Of a stretch of DNA of 64,000 nt, positions 10,415-20,143 are shown piece by piece (positions within the stretch are counted from its first letter, which is position 1; every line of letters starts with the position of its first letter). The DNA lies in NCBI GenBank assembly GCA_012103325.1, contig WLWY01000001.1, positions 1,508,986 to 1,572,985 on the forward strand. Direction: 5' to 3'. The position numbers were made by a program, and so were the translations under genes. The notes under the pieces were generated by a model. The model had not been told where the DNA came from and did not search any database. It saw only the letters and a program-made list of their open reading frames with translations. The stretch is from Alphaproteobacteria bacterium. GTDB taxonomy: Bacteria; Pseudomonadota; Alphaproteobacteria; UBA8366; GCA-2717185.

Positions 10415-11694
10415 TGTTGACCGCAGCCGAAGCCGCGCGCGCCATTGCGGAGGGTGATTTGACATGCGAAGCCGTGGCTGCCGCGTGCATCGAGCGTATC
10501 GAAGCGCAGGAAGATACGATGAAAGGCTGGGCGTATTTCGACCGTGACGCCGCTCTCGCCGCTGCCCGGGCCGCGGACAAAGGACCGTCCAGGGGCATCT
10601 TGCACGGTGTTCCCTTCGCGCTGAAGGACATCATCGATACCGCCGATATGCCAACCGGGCACGGATCGCCGATCTATGACGGCTATCGCCCCGGCTGGGA
10701 CGCACCTTGTGTGGCGGCATGCCGGGACGCGGGCGCGATCCTGTTCGGCAAGACGGTGTCGGCGGAGTTCGCCCATGTCCAACCGGGCCCGACCCGTAAT
10801 CCATATAACCCGGGACATACGCCTGGCGGCTCGTCCAGCGGGTCCGCTGCGGTTGTCGGGGCGGGCATGGTGCCGGCTGCGTTCGGCACGCAGACGACGG
10901 GCTCGACGATCCGCCCTGCAGCCTTTTGCGGCACGGTTGGTTACAAGCCGAGCTATGGCGATTTCTGCCTGACCGGCGTGCGGGACAATTCGCCGTCCCT
11001 CGATACGCTCGGCTTGATTACACGGTCCGTCGAGGATCTGGCGCTGTTCCGAAGCGCCGCGATGGTATTGCCCTACAAACCGCTCGTACCGGTTTCGCTT
11101 ACCGATTTACGCATCGGTTTCTGTCGAACACCCTGGTGGGATGAAGCTGAGGGTTATACTAAAGATCTTTTGACGGAAACGATGGAAGCCCTGTCCAGGG
11201 CAGGGGCGCAGGTTACCGATTTTACTATGCCTGACGGGGCGGATGGGTTGGTCGAGGCGATGCGTGATGTATCCGGGTTCGAGTTTGCCCGGGTCATGCT
11301 GCATGAGCGGCTGCATCATCATGATCAGTTGAGCGAGCGACTGCTGAACGGCCGTGTCGCTGACGGTATCGCCTGTAGTTACGATGGTTACCGCGCCGCG
11401 CTTGCAACGTTGGAGGATTACCGTGCCAATCTCTCGGCAGCGATGGCGGATTTCGACTTGCTGTTGACGCCGAGCGCATCCGGCGAAGCGCCAGAGGGTA
11501 TCGAAAGCACCGGCAACCCAGTCTTCAATCTTCCGTGGACGGCAACCTATACCCCCGCCGTGACCTTGCCCGCCGCGTCGGGGCCTTCGGGACTACCGCT
11601 CGGCGTTCAGTTGATCGGCCATCGAAATCAGGACCACCGCTTCTTGTCCGCGGCGCAGGCCGTTGAGCATTTTCTCGACGATTTAACCGTCTGA
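10414..11694 (+). CDS. Amidase-signature (AS) family amidase
   Basis: ORF 10108..11694 trimmed to ATG 10414, which shares one base with the dctM stop (cTGATGt). AS motif GGSSSGSAAVVGAG; catalytic Lys context FALKDIIDT. Confidence 0.85.
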   Translation: MLTAAEAARAIAEGDLTCEAVAAACIERIEAQEDTMKGWAYFDRDAALAAARAADKGPSRGILHGVPFALKDIIDTADMPTGHGSPIYDGYRPGWDAPCVAACRDAGAILFGKTVSAEFAHVQPGPTRNPYNPGHTPGGSSSGSAAVVGAGMVPAAFGTQTTGSTIRPAAFCGTVGYKPSYGDFCLTGVRDNSPSLDTLGLITRSVEDLALFRSAAMVLPYKPLVPVSLTDLRIGFCRTPWWDEAEGYTKDLLTETMEALSRAGAQVTDFTMPDGADGLVEAMRDVSGFEFARVMLHERLHHHDQLSERLLNGRVADGIACSYDGYRAALATLEDYRANLSAAMADFDLLLTPSASGEAPEGIESTGNPVFNLPWTATYTPAVTLPAASGPSGLPLGVQLIGHRNQDHRFLSAAQAVEHFLDDLTV

Positions 11695-12894
11695 TTTCCC
11701 TGCTGCGCCGGCCTCCCGCAGAGCCGCGATATCCTCGGGCGAATACCCGACCTCCTCCAGAACCGTGCCCGTGCTCGCGCCGAGCTGTTCGGGATGGCGA
11801 TAGTAGCCACCTGGCGTCTTCGAAAAATTGATCGGCACCTTGATGTGGCGCATCCGGCCTTCGGTCGGGTGGTCCACCTCGGGAAACATGCCCACGGCGG
11901 AGAGATGCGGGCAGTCGAACAGATCTTCCGGCTGGTTCATCGGCATGACGGGAATGTCGGCCTCCTCCAGGATGCTCAGCCATTCGGCCGAGGTCCGGGT
12001 CTGCATCACACCGCCGACGATCTCGTACAGCGCGTCGATATTCGCCGAACGCGAAGGTTGATCGGCGAAGCGCGGGTCGCTTGTCAGTTCCGGCCGGCCG
12101 GCGACATCGAAGAACTTTGCCCAGTGCTTGTCGTTGTAGGGCAGTACGCAGATATGGCCGTCGGCGGTTGGGTAGGGGCGGCGGTGCGGCGTCAGCATGC
12201 GCTGATAGCCTGCCGGGCCCTCCGGCGGTTCGTACATCCGCCCCTGCATATGCTCGTTCATGACGAAGGCGGAAAAGGACTCGTACATCGGCACATGCAC
12301 GCGCTGGCCTTCCCCTGTGCGCTCGCGGTGAAACAACGCCATGGTGATCGCGTAGGTCAGGAACAGGCCCATCGTCTTGTCGGCCAGTACCGATGGTCCG
12401 TAGCGCGGTGTGCCAGTCACGGCGCCGAACAGCGCCGCCAAGCCGGACGCGCCCTGGATCAGATCGTCATAGGCGGGCTTGTCGACATACGGGCCGGACT
12501 CGCCGTAGCCGGTCGCGGCGGCGTAGACGATGTCCTCTTTCCACGCCGAAATGGATTCATAATCAATCCCGATACGGCCCGCGGCTTTAGGCCGGATGTT
12601 ATGGACGAAGACATCGGCGGTTTCGACCAGGCGCTTGAGCGGCTCCCGCGCCTCGGCCTTTTTTAAATCGAGCACGACGCTGCGCTTGTTGCGGCCCTTC
12701 ATCATGTAGGCCGCCGACATACCCGGGCTTTTCCCCACACCGGTCCAGCGGCCAATATCGCCGCCGGGCGGTTCGATCTTGATGACGTCGGCGCCCATCT
12801 CGCCCAGGATCTGTGTGCTGAAGGGGCCGAGCATAACCGTGGTGAGATCGATAACCCGGACATCCTGAAGCGGGCCGCGTGGTGTGGCGTTCAC
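11683..12894 (-). CDS. Family III CoA-transferase (CaiB/BaiF/Frc type)
   Basis: N-terminus VRVIDLTTVMLGPFSTQILGEMGADVIKIEPPGGD is the family III signature. 403 aa. Its 3' end overlaps the amidase 3' end by 12 nt (convergent). Confidence 0.85.
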   Translation of the reverse strand: MNATPRGPLQDVRVIDLTTVMLGPFSTQILGEMGADVIKIEPPGGDIGRWTGVGKSPGMSAAYMMKGRNKRSVVLDLKKAEAREPLKRLVETADVFVHNIRPKAAGRIGIDYESISAWKEDIVYAAATGYGESGPYVDKPAYDDLIQGASGLAALFGAVTGTPRYGPSVLADKTMGLFLTYAITMALFHRERTGEGQRVHVPMYESFSAFVMNEHMQGRMYEPPEGPAGYQRMLTPHRRPYPTADGHICVLPYNDKHWAKFFDVAGRPELTSDPRFADQPSRSANIDALYEIVGGVMQTRTSAEWLSILEEADIPVMPMNQPEDLFDCPHLSAVGMFPEVDHPTEGRMRHIKVPINFSKTPGGYYRHPEQLGASTGTVLEEVGYSPEDIAALREAGAAGKSDG

Positions 12895-13030
12895 GAATAT
12901 TCATCCTTCTGCAGTGCTTCGTTATTAAGTGGCATTCTAAGCATCGCAAGGCTGCCATGGCGAATTTCGACGTGCCGTCGCCATTAACCGGACGCCGGAT
13001 CGTCCTATATGGATTGCGGAGGAGACCGCT

Positions 13031-14434
13031 ATGACAGATACGAAAACGCGCACCGAAACGGATTCCTTCGGCGCTATCGATGTGCCCCAGGAAAATTATT
13101 ATGGCGCGCAAACCGCGCGATCGCTGCTGAATTTCCCGATCGGCGACGAAGTGCTGCCGAAGCCGCTGGTTCTTGCGTTCGGGATCGCCAAACAGGCCGC
13201 CGCCCAGGTGAATGTTGAGCAGGGCCGCTTGGAAAAAACCCTCGCCGACGCCATCAACGCGGCGGCGGGCGAGGTCGCGGCAGGCCGGTTCTGCGATCAT
13301 TTTCCCTTGGTCGTCTGGCAGACCGGGTCCGGCACGCAATCCAACATGAACGCGAACGAGGTAATCGCCAACCGCGCCATCGAATTGCTTGGCGGCACAT
13401 TGGGGAGCAAGCAGCCGGTGCATCCCAACGACCATGTCAATCTGGGGCAGTCGTCGAACGATACCTTCCCGACGGTGATGCACATTGCTACGGCGCGGGA
13501 AATCAACGCGCACCTTCTGCCTGCCCTGACGCACCTCTTAGCAGCGCTTGAAGCCAAGGCGGTGGCCTTCGCGGACATCGTCAAGATCGGCCGCACGCAC
13601 ACGCAGGACGCGACGCCGCTGACTCTGGGGCAGGAATTCTCCGGCTATGCAGCGCAAGTAAAGGGTGGCATCGCGCGCGTCACACAGAGTCTCGACGGGC
13701 TATATGAACTCGCTCAGGGCGGCACGGCGGTCGGTACCGGCTTGAACGCGACACCGGACTTCGGCGACCGTTTCGCGGAAAAAGTGAGCGCCCTGACTGG
13801 CCTGCCGTTCCGGACCGCGCCGAACAAATTCGAAGCGCTCGCCGCGCATGATGCGGCCGTTTTCGCGCACGGGGCGTTGAACGCCGTCGCCGTATCGCTG
13901 TTTAAGATCGCGAACGATATCCGGTTCCTCGGATCGGGGCCGCGATCGGGTCTCGGAGAACTGTCGCTTCCCGAGAACGAGCCGGGGTCTTCCATCATGC
14001 CCGGCAAGGTCAACCCGACCCAGTGCGAGGCGCTGACGATGGTCTGTGCGCAAGTCATGGGCAATCAGACGACGGTTGGCTTCGCCGGCAGCCAGGGGCA
14101 TTTTGAGTTGAACGTCTTCAAGCCCGTCATGGCCTACGCGTTGCTGCAATCGATCCGCTTGCTTGGCGATGCCGCCGTCAGCTTCGCAGATCGCTGCGTC
14201 GCGGGAATTGAGGCGAACGAAGCGCACATCCAAACGCTCATGGAACGCTCATTGATGCTCGTTACCGCGCTTGCGCCGAAAGTCGGCTACGACAAGGCGA
14301 CGGAAATTACCAAAGCCGCGCACAAGAACGGGACCACGCTCCGTGAAGAAGCCCTACGCTTAGGGTACGTAACCGCGGATGAATTCGACGAGATCGTCCG
14401 GCCGGAACGGATGATCGGCCCGTCCCAGCCTTGA
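13031..14434 (+). CDS. fumC: Class II fumarate hydratase
   Basis: 467 aa. Fumarate-lyase signature [17 protein letters not shown]-terminal TRTETDSFG...[11 protein letters not shown]. Confidence 0.92.
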   Translation: MTDTKTRTETDSFGAIDVPQENYYGAQTARSLLNFPIGDEVLPKPLVLAFGIAKQAAAQVNVEQGRLEKTLADAINAAAGEVAAGRFCDHFPLVVWQTGSGTQSNMNANEVIANRAIELLGGTLGSKQPVHPNDHVNLGQSSNDTFPTVMHIATAREINAHLLPALTHLLAALEAKAVAFADIVKIGRTHTQDATPLTLGQEFSGYAAQVKGGIARVTQSLDGLYELAQGGTAVGTGLNATPDFGDRFAEKVSALTGLPFRTAPNKFEALAAHDAAVFAHGALNAVAVSLFKIANDIRFLGSGPRSGLGELSLPENEPGSSIMPGKVNPTQCEALTMVCAQVMGNQTTVGFAGSQGHFELNVFKPVMAYALLQSIRLLGDAAVSFADRCVAGIEANEAHIQTLMERSLMLVTALAPKVGYDKATEITKAAHKNGTTLREEALRLGYVTADEFDEIVRPERMIGPSQP

Positions 14435-14440
14435 CGTCGT

Positions 14441-15703
14441 TTACGATACGACGTTCCGCGGCACGTCCCGAAACGGTCCTTTGGTATCAGTACGGGGTTC
14501 CTTCGGCATTTTCAGCACGCGTTCGGAAATGATGTTGCGCTGAATCTCATCGGTGCCACCGGCAATCGAGGTCGCGGGGAACGACACCAGGATTTCCGAG
14601 ATGACGCCATCCATGGGGCTGTCTTCGCCCGTCAGCATGGCGTCGGCACCGGAGATCATCGTGTGTACGTGCGCCGCCTGCTTGGCCACGTTGCTGGCGG
14701 TCAGCTTGCCGATCGATCCTTCCGGTCCCTGCGGCCTACCCTGCGCCTGTGCCGCGCGGGCGCGCCGTGCCGTCCATTCCGCCGACTTCGCCATGATCAT
14801 CAGCTTGGCGATTTCCTGCCGTACGGCAGGGTCCGTATTCATGCCGGTCGCCTTGGCGCGTTCGATGATAAGATCGGTCCGCCCGGCGCGCTGCGGGTAC
14901 CATTTGTAGGGCTCCAACTGATGCGCGATTTCCTCCGCTTCTTCTTCGTAGCAGCGGCCTGGCCGGTCGGTTGCTTGCTGATAACGTCGTAGGCCGTCGG
15001 CGCCGCGGCGTTCGTGCATCAGGGTCGTCGTTGCCACATTCCAGCCGTCGCCGAGTTCAGAGACTTGGAACTCGGGCTCGATTTCGGCGTCGGTGAAGAA
15101 CACCTGATTGAACGACGCATGACCGTTCATCTGGCGCAGCGGCACCACCTCGACCCCCGGCTGTTCGATATTAAGGATGAAGTAGCTGAGACCCTTATGT
15201 TTGGGCAGGTCCCAGTCCGTGCGGGCCAGCAGCAGGCCGTATTGCGCGTGATGCGCGCTGGTCGTCCATACTTTCTGGCCGTTGACGATCCACTTGTTGC
15301 CCTTCTTGTCGGCGCGCGTCGTGGCGCCGGCTAGGTCGGACCCGCTGCCCGGCTCGCTGAACAGCTGACACCAGGTGTCCTCGCCGGTCAGGATGCGGCG
15401 CAGAAACTTTTCCTTATGCAGGTCGCTGCCGTGCGCCAGGATCGTCGCGGCGGCGAGATTGCGGATGCCGGTACGGGCGACGGAAACCGCGCCGATACGC
15501 TCGAACTCTTCCTCGACGATACGGCCCAGCGCGTCCGGATAGCCCTTTCCGTACCAATCCGTCGGCCAGGTCGGCGCGCCCCAACCGGATTCGACCAGCC
15601 TGTTTCGCCATTCGAGGAGGCTGAGATCGGGATTCCAGTTCGCTTCCAACCAGGCTCTTGCTTCCGCGCGGACGGTATCTTCGGTCGTTTCGCTCATTGT
15701 CAT
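14441..15703 (-). CDS. Acyl-CoA dehydrogenase family protein (larger subunit of an adjacent pair)
   Basis: ORF 14441..15802 trimmed to ATG 15703 (MTMSETTED). ACAD-like throughout. C-terminal IAGGTDEIQRNIISERVL. Candidate catalytic Glu in TLMHERRG (hand alignment). Confidence 0.8.
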   Translation of the reverse strand: MTMSETTEDTVRAEARAWLEANWNPDLSLLEWRNRLVESGWGAPTWPTDWYGKGYPDALGRIVEEEFERIGAVSVARTGIRNLAAATILAHGSDLHKEKFLRRILTGEDTWCQLFSEPGSGSDLAGATTRADKKGNKWIVNGQKVWTTSAHHAQYGLLLARTDWDLPKHKGLSYFILNIEQPGVEVVPLRQMNGHASFNQVFFTDAEIEPEFQVSELGDGWNVATTTLMHERRGADGLRRYQQATDRPGRCYEEEAEEIAHQLEPYKWYPQRAGRTDLIIERAKATGMNTDPAVRQEIAKLMIMAKSAEWTARRARAAQAQGRPQGPEGSIGKLTASNVAKQAAHVHTMISGADAMLTGEDSPMDGVISEILVSFPATSIAGGTDEIQRNIISERVLKMPKEPRTDTKGPFRDVPRNVVS

Positions 15704-15714
15704 GCCCTCTCTAC

Positions 15715-16845
15715 TCAAACGTCCCAGCGCTGCATGAGTTGCTCGCGGTGATGGCTCGGGTCGCCCAAAAAAACTTCCGAACTCTTCGCCCGCTTGAACC
15801 ATAAATGCGTGTCGTTGTCCCAGGTGAAGCCTATACCGCCGTGCGTCTGAACGGTTTTGATCGCCGTTTGCATATAGGCTTCGGAGGCGCCGGCCTTTGC
15901 GAGCGACGCGAGGGCCGGTAAATCTTCGTCCTCCTCCGCGGCGGCGGCGGCGGCGTAATATGCTGCGGCCTTCGCAAGTTCGACCTCGATCAGCATATCA
16001 GCGAATTTGTGCTTCATGGTCTGGAAAGAGCCAATCGCGCGGCCGAATTGGACCCGCATCATCGAATAGTCGAGCGCGGACTCACGCAGCCGCTCGGCAC
16101 CGCCGACCATCTCGTTGGCGAGGCAGATGGCAGCCTGATCGAGGGTCAACGCCATGGGCGCGGCGGCTCCGCCTTCTTCCCCCAAAAGATCAGCCTGCAC
16201 CGACTGGAACTCGAGCCGCGCCTGTTTGCGCGTTGGGTCCATAGTCTTCAGGAGCGCTCGGGAAAGCCCGTCGGCATCGCTGGATACGGTGAAGAGGGAA
16301 AGGCCATGGTCACCGCTTGTGCCGGGTTGCCGCGCCAGCACAACAATCATGTCCGCGGTGTGCCCGTCCAGCACGTAGCTTTTGGTGCCATCCAGGCGAT
16401 AGCCGCCATCGGATGCCGTTGCAGTTAGTTCGACGCCACTATTGTCCCAGCGCCCGTTCGGTTCCGTGAAGGCCAGGGCAGCGCGCTTTTCGCCGGCGGC
16501 GAGGGGCGGCAGCAGCGTCCGTTTTTGTTCCTCGGTGCCCGCATTGAGGATCGCAATGGTCGCGAGTACCGCGGAGGAGAAGTAGGGCGCGCAGAGCAAT
16601 GCGCGGCCCATTTCTTCCAGGACGATGCCGAGTTCCCCAAAGCTGAAGCCCTGACCGCCATATTCCTCAGGAACATGAACCGCGGGCAGCCCAAGGTCGG
16701 TGCTCAGCTGTTTCCAGACCGCTTCGTCGTATCCTTCGTCGGTTTCCATCAGCCGCCGAACCTCGGTCGTTGGCGATTTATCTTCCAGGAAACGCCGCAG
16801 AAACACGCGGAATTCTTCCTGTTCGTCCGAGAAGCTAAACTTCAT
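15715..16845 (-). CDS. Acyl-CoA dehydrogenase family protein (smaller subunit of an adjacent pair)
   Basis: 376 aa. ACAD motifs FTEPNGRWD, QFGRAIGSFQ and HGGIGFTWD. The canonical YEGT is replaced by FLGD. Confidence 0.8.
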   Translation of the reverse strand: MKFSFSDEQEEFRVFLRRFLEDKSPTTEVRRLMETDEGYDEAVWKQLSTDLGLPAVHVPEEYGGQGFSFGELGIVLEEMGRALLCAPYFSSAVLATIAILNAGTEEQKRTLLPPLAAGEKRAALAFTEPNGRWDNSGVELTATASDGGYRLDGTKSYVLDGHTADMIVVLARQPGTSGDHGLSLFTVSSDADGLSRALLKTMDPTRKQARLEFQSVQADLLGEEGGAAAPMALTLDQAAICLANEMVGGAERLRESALDYSMMRVQFGRAIGSFQTMKHKFADMLIEVELAKAAAYYAAAAAAEEDEDLPALASLAKAGASEAYMQTAIKTVQTHGGIGFTWDNDTHLWFKRAKSSEVFLGDPSHHREQLMQRWDV

Positions 16846-17087
16846 GCACCTTCCTCCTTGGTGGCGGTATACGCCTTATTTTTTTGCCAATACCCGCGGC
16901 AGAATTGCGCGGCTGTCTGTGAAAAATACTAGGCATCCGGTCCGTTTGGAGGCAAGTCGATTCACGAAATTCTCTTAGGACGGCTTGCGGGATGACCGGC
17001 GAGTTGCCATTAATACATCGATTTATTGTGGAATTTTCCGCCACATCGACTAAATACCTATCGTGTCGGATCTCGAGAGAATTGAGA

Positions 17088-17357
17088 ATGAGTATGGCCA
17101 AGATTGAAATCTACTCCAGCCCATTCTGCGGCTTCTGCCATCAGGCGAAGGGCTTGCTTGAAAGCAAGAATGTCGCGTTCGAAGACATCGACGTGATGAT
17201 GAATCGTGCCCGCAAGGCGGAAATGATGGAACGCGCCGGCGGCCGGACAAGCGTGCCGCAGATCTTTATCGACGATCGCCACGTCGGTGGTTGCGACGAT
17301 CTCTTTGCGCTCGAGTCTGCGGGCAAGCTCGATCCGATGCTGGAAGGCGCGTCATGA
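17088..17357 (+). CDS. grxC: Glutaredoxin 3
   Basis: ORF 16992..17357 trimmed to ATG 17088. Active site SSPFCGFCHQAK, TSVPQIFI and GGCDD motifs. Confidence 0.85.
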   Translation: MSMAKIEIYSSPFCGFCHQAKGLLESKNVAFEDIDVMMNRARKAEMMERAGGRTSVPQIFIDDRHVGGCDDLFALESAGKLDPMLEGAS

Positions 17358-18199
17358 TTTTACGCGCCGCCTGCGTCCAGGTGACTTCCGCTGCCGAAAT
17401 CGCGCCGAACGTCGAAACGTCGAGCGCGCTGGTTCGCGAAGCTCATGCGCAAGGAGCCGAATTTATCGCGATGCCGGAAGTCGTCAATCTCTGTGAGATG
17501 CGTCCGGGACAGGCAGATCTGAAGGCGCAGCCGGAAGCGACTGAACCGGCGCTCGCGGCGTATCGCGAGCTTGCCGCGGAACTGGGCATCTGGCTGCTCG
17601 CCGGATCTCTAGCCGTTAAACTGGAAGACGATGCGCGTATGGCCAACCGCAGCTTCCTGATCGACCCGACGGGGGCGGTCGCGGCGCGCTATGACAAGAT
17701 CCATATGTTCGATGTCGATTTGAAGGATGGCGAGAGCTACCGGGAATCGAAGAAATTCCGGCCGGGCGAACGCGCCGTCGTCGCGCAAACGCCGTGGGCA
17801 CCCATCGGCATGACGATTTGCTATGATATGCGGTTCGCCTATCTATACCGGACCTTGGCGCAAGCGGGCGCGCGCATTATTACCGTGCCGGCGGCATTTA
17901 CGCGGCCGACTGGCCGGGCGCATTGGCATACGCTGCTGCGTGCGCGGGCGATTGAAACGGGATGTTTCGTGATCGCACCGGCGCAATGTGGCGATCATGA
18001 AGACGGTCGCAAGACCTACGGCCATTCGCTGATTATATCGCCTTGGGGCGAGGTCTTGGCGGAAGCGGGGGAAACACCCGGCGTGATCGTCGCCGATCTG
18101 GATCTTGCCAAAGTCGACGAGGCGCGCACGATGGTGCCTGCCTTACGGCATGACCGGGAATTCGCCGCGCCGGAAACGCTCCGTCTGGCGGGCGAATAA
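17354..18199 (+). CDS. Carbon-nitrogen hydrolase family protein (Nit/omega-amidase-like)
   Basis: ATG 17354 overlaps the grxC stop (ATGA). Nucleophile Cys context GMTICYDMRF. MILRAACVQV N-terminus typical of the family. Confidence 0.85.
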   Translation: MILRAACVQVTSAAEIAPNVETSSALVREAHAQGAEFIAMPEVVNLCEMRPGQADLKAQPEATEPALAAYRELAAELGIWLLAGSLAVKLEDDARMANRSFLIDPTGAVAARYDKIHMFDVDLKDGESYRESKKFRPGERAVVAQTPWAPIGMTICYDMRFAYLYRTLAQAGARIITVPAAFTRPTGRAHWHTLLRARAIETGCFVIAPAQCGDHEDGRKTYGHSLIISPWGEVLAEAGETPGVIVADLDLAKVDEARTMVPALRHDREFAAPETLRLAGE

Positions 18200-18220
18200 C
18201 GTTTTCATAAGACCGCGTCG

Positions 18221-18757
18221 TTACGCTCTCCGGGCGGCGATGTGCTGGATGACAGCCGGCCGCGGGTCGTCTCGCTGAAATTGCGCGTAGGCCAATACCT
18301 CGAGCTGCCCGCGCGCGGCTTCAAGCAGTTCGCCGCTGCGTAGCAGGAAGTCCGGATTACGCGGCCGGCCGAAGGCTTCGTTGCCGTTTGCAAAGGTTTC
18401 GTACAGTAGCACGCCCCCGGGCGCGACCAGATCAACAATCTGTTGCAGGAGCGGCCGCCACAGATAGTTTGCGACGATCACGCCGTCGAAGGTTCGGCCT
18501 TGCAGCGGCCAGGGCTCGGGGCCTTCAAGATCGGCTTTGATAAGGGTTGCCAGCGGGTTGTCGGAAAGATCTTCGACGGCCGCGATATCCTTGTCGAGGA
18601 AGGTGACCGGACCGCCCTTGCCGAGGAATAGCCGTCCATGCCGCCCGCCACCGCAGGCCAGATCGAGCACGGAACCGTCAGCGGGGACCCGGCCGGCGAA
18701 GCGAACAATCCAGTCTGACGGGGCCGTTGGCATGGTATGGGCGTTTGGCGTCGCCAT
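18221..18757 (-). CDS. Class I SAM-dependent methyltransferase
   Basis: SAM motif I VLDLACGGGRHG. Start ATG 18757 preferred over TTG 18766. Confidence 0.7.
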   Translation of the reverse strand: MATPNAHTMPTAPSDWIVRFAGRVPADGSVLDLACGGGRHGRLFLGKGGPVTFLDKDIAAVEDLSDNPLATLIKADLEGPEPWPLQGRTFDGVIVANYLWRPLLQQIVDLVAPGGVLLYETFANGNEAFGRPRNPDFLLRSGELLEAARGQLEVLAYAQFQRDDPRPAVIQHIAARRA

Positions 18758-18850
18758 GATTACCAAATCTTAATCCTTGCAGTGCAGTGGTTTAGTCGCC
18801 ATCTTTTTGTTGAATTTCGAATGTGAGAACATTTTACGGTACGCATCGGC

Positions 18851-19261
18851 ATGATTTCATACAATCTTCGTTGCGCAAAAGACCATGTCTTCGAGGCTTG
18901 GTTCCAGAACAGCGCTGCCTACGAAGAGCAAGTGGGCAAGAAGACTGTGGCCTGTCCGACCTGTGGCAGCAAAAAGGTCGAGAAATCGATTATGGCCCCG
19001 AGCGTGGCGAGGAGCGGCGGTCGTTCCGATGACCTGACGCCCGAGAAAATGGCGGGCATGCTGGTAAAACTGCGCGAGACCGTTGAGGAAAATTGCGATT
19101 ATGTCGGCGGTGAGTTTCCCGAAGAAGCGCGCAAGATCCATTACGGTGAAACCGAGCATCGCGACATCTACGGCGAAGCATCCGAACAGGAAGCCGAAGA
19201 GCTCGCCGAAGAGGGAATCGAGTTTGGCCGTATACCCTGGGTCCCCCGCACGAATAGCTGA
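18851..19261 (+). CDS. DUF1178 family protein
   Basis: N-terminus MISYNLRCAKDHVFEAWF plus the CPTCGS zinc-ribbon pattern that I recognise from DUF1178. 136 aa. Confidence 0.7.
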   Translation: MISYNLRCAKDHVFEAWFQNSAAYEEQVGKKTVACPTCGSKKVEKSIMAPSVARSGGRSDDLTPEKMAGMLVKLRETVEENCDYVGGEFPEEARKIHYGETEHRDIYGEASEQEAEELAEEGIEFGRIPWVPRTNS

Positions 19262-19268
19262 TAAGGCG

Positions 19269-20024
19269 TTACTTGGTTGCGGTTGCGATGTAGTTCACGT
19301 CGAGGTCGCGTGGATTCAGCGACCAGCGTCCCGTCAGCGGATTAAAGACCATGCCGGTAAATTCTTCGACATTCATGCCCGCGGTACGCAACCCGGCGGC
19401 AAGCTCCGAGGGGCGAACGAAGCGGCGCCAGTCATGTGTTCCGCGTGGCAGCCAGCGCAGCACATATTCCGCGCCGACGATCGCGAATGCGTATGATTTC
19501 AGCGTACGGTTTAATGTCGCCAAGATCATGATACCGCCCTCGCGAACCACGCCACTGGACGCCGCGAGGAAAGCGTCGACATCGGCGACATGTTCGACGA
19601 CTTCCATGTTCAGGACGACGTCGAATTGTTCGCTCTCGGCATGTAGCGCCTCAGCCGTCGTATGCCGATAGTCGATCGCGAGTCCGCTTTCTTCTGCATG
19701 CAAGGCGGCGACGCCTATGTTCCGCTCCGTTGCGTCGATCCCCGTGACGACCGCGCCGAGCCGCGTCAACGGCTCGGCAAGCAGTCCGCCACCGCATCCG
19801 ATATCGAGCAGGCGCAAGCCTTCCAGCGGTTTTGCTGCCAGCGGATCGCGGTCGAAATGCGCCGCGACGGTGTCGCGAATGTAGCGCAGCCGGACGGGAT
19901 TCAGTTGATGCAGCGGCCGAAACGGGCCTTCCGAATCCCACCACGTTTCCGCCAAAGCGGCGAATTTCGCGACTTCGGCTGCGTCGACCGTGCTCGCTTG
20001 GGCACTATCGTTGCTCGTCGCCAT
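19269..20024 (-). CDS. ubiG: Ubiquinone biosynthesis O-methyltransferase UbiG
   Basis: [19 protein letters not shown] and SAM motif [20 protein letters not shown] 20024 preferred (AGGAG upstream); ATG 20078 is possible. Confidence 0.85.
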   Translation of the reverse strand: MATSNDSAQASTVDAAEVAKFAALAETWWDSEGPFRPLHQLNPVRLRYIRDTVAAHFDRDPLAAKPLEGLRLLDIGCGGGLLAEPLTRLGAVVTGIDATERNIGVAALHAEESGLAIDYRHTTAEALHAESEQFDVVLNMEVVEHVADVDAFLAASSGVVREGGIMILATLNRTLKSYAFAIVGAEYVLRWLPRGTHDWRRFVRPSELAAGLRTAGMNVEEFTGMVFNPLTGRWSLNPRDLDVNYIATATK

Positions 20025-20143
20025 AGCGTTGGTGGTCTCCTGCCCCGTGGCGAGGCGCTCTTGCGCCCGGTAATTCATGCGAGTATGGATACGCCGCCAC
20101 GCCGGGGCAACCGGTGTTATTGGCCAAGATATGGACGTTTTCG

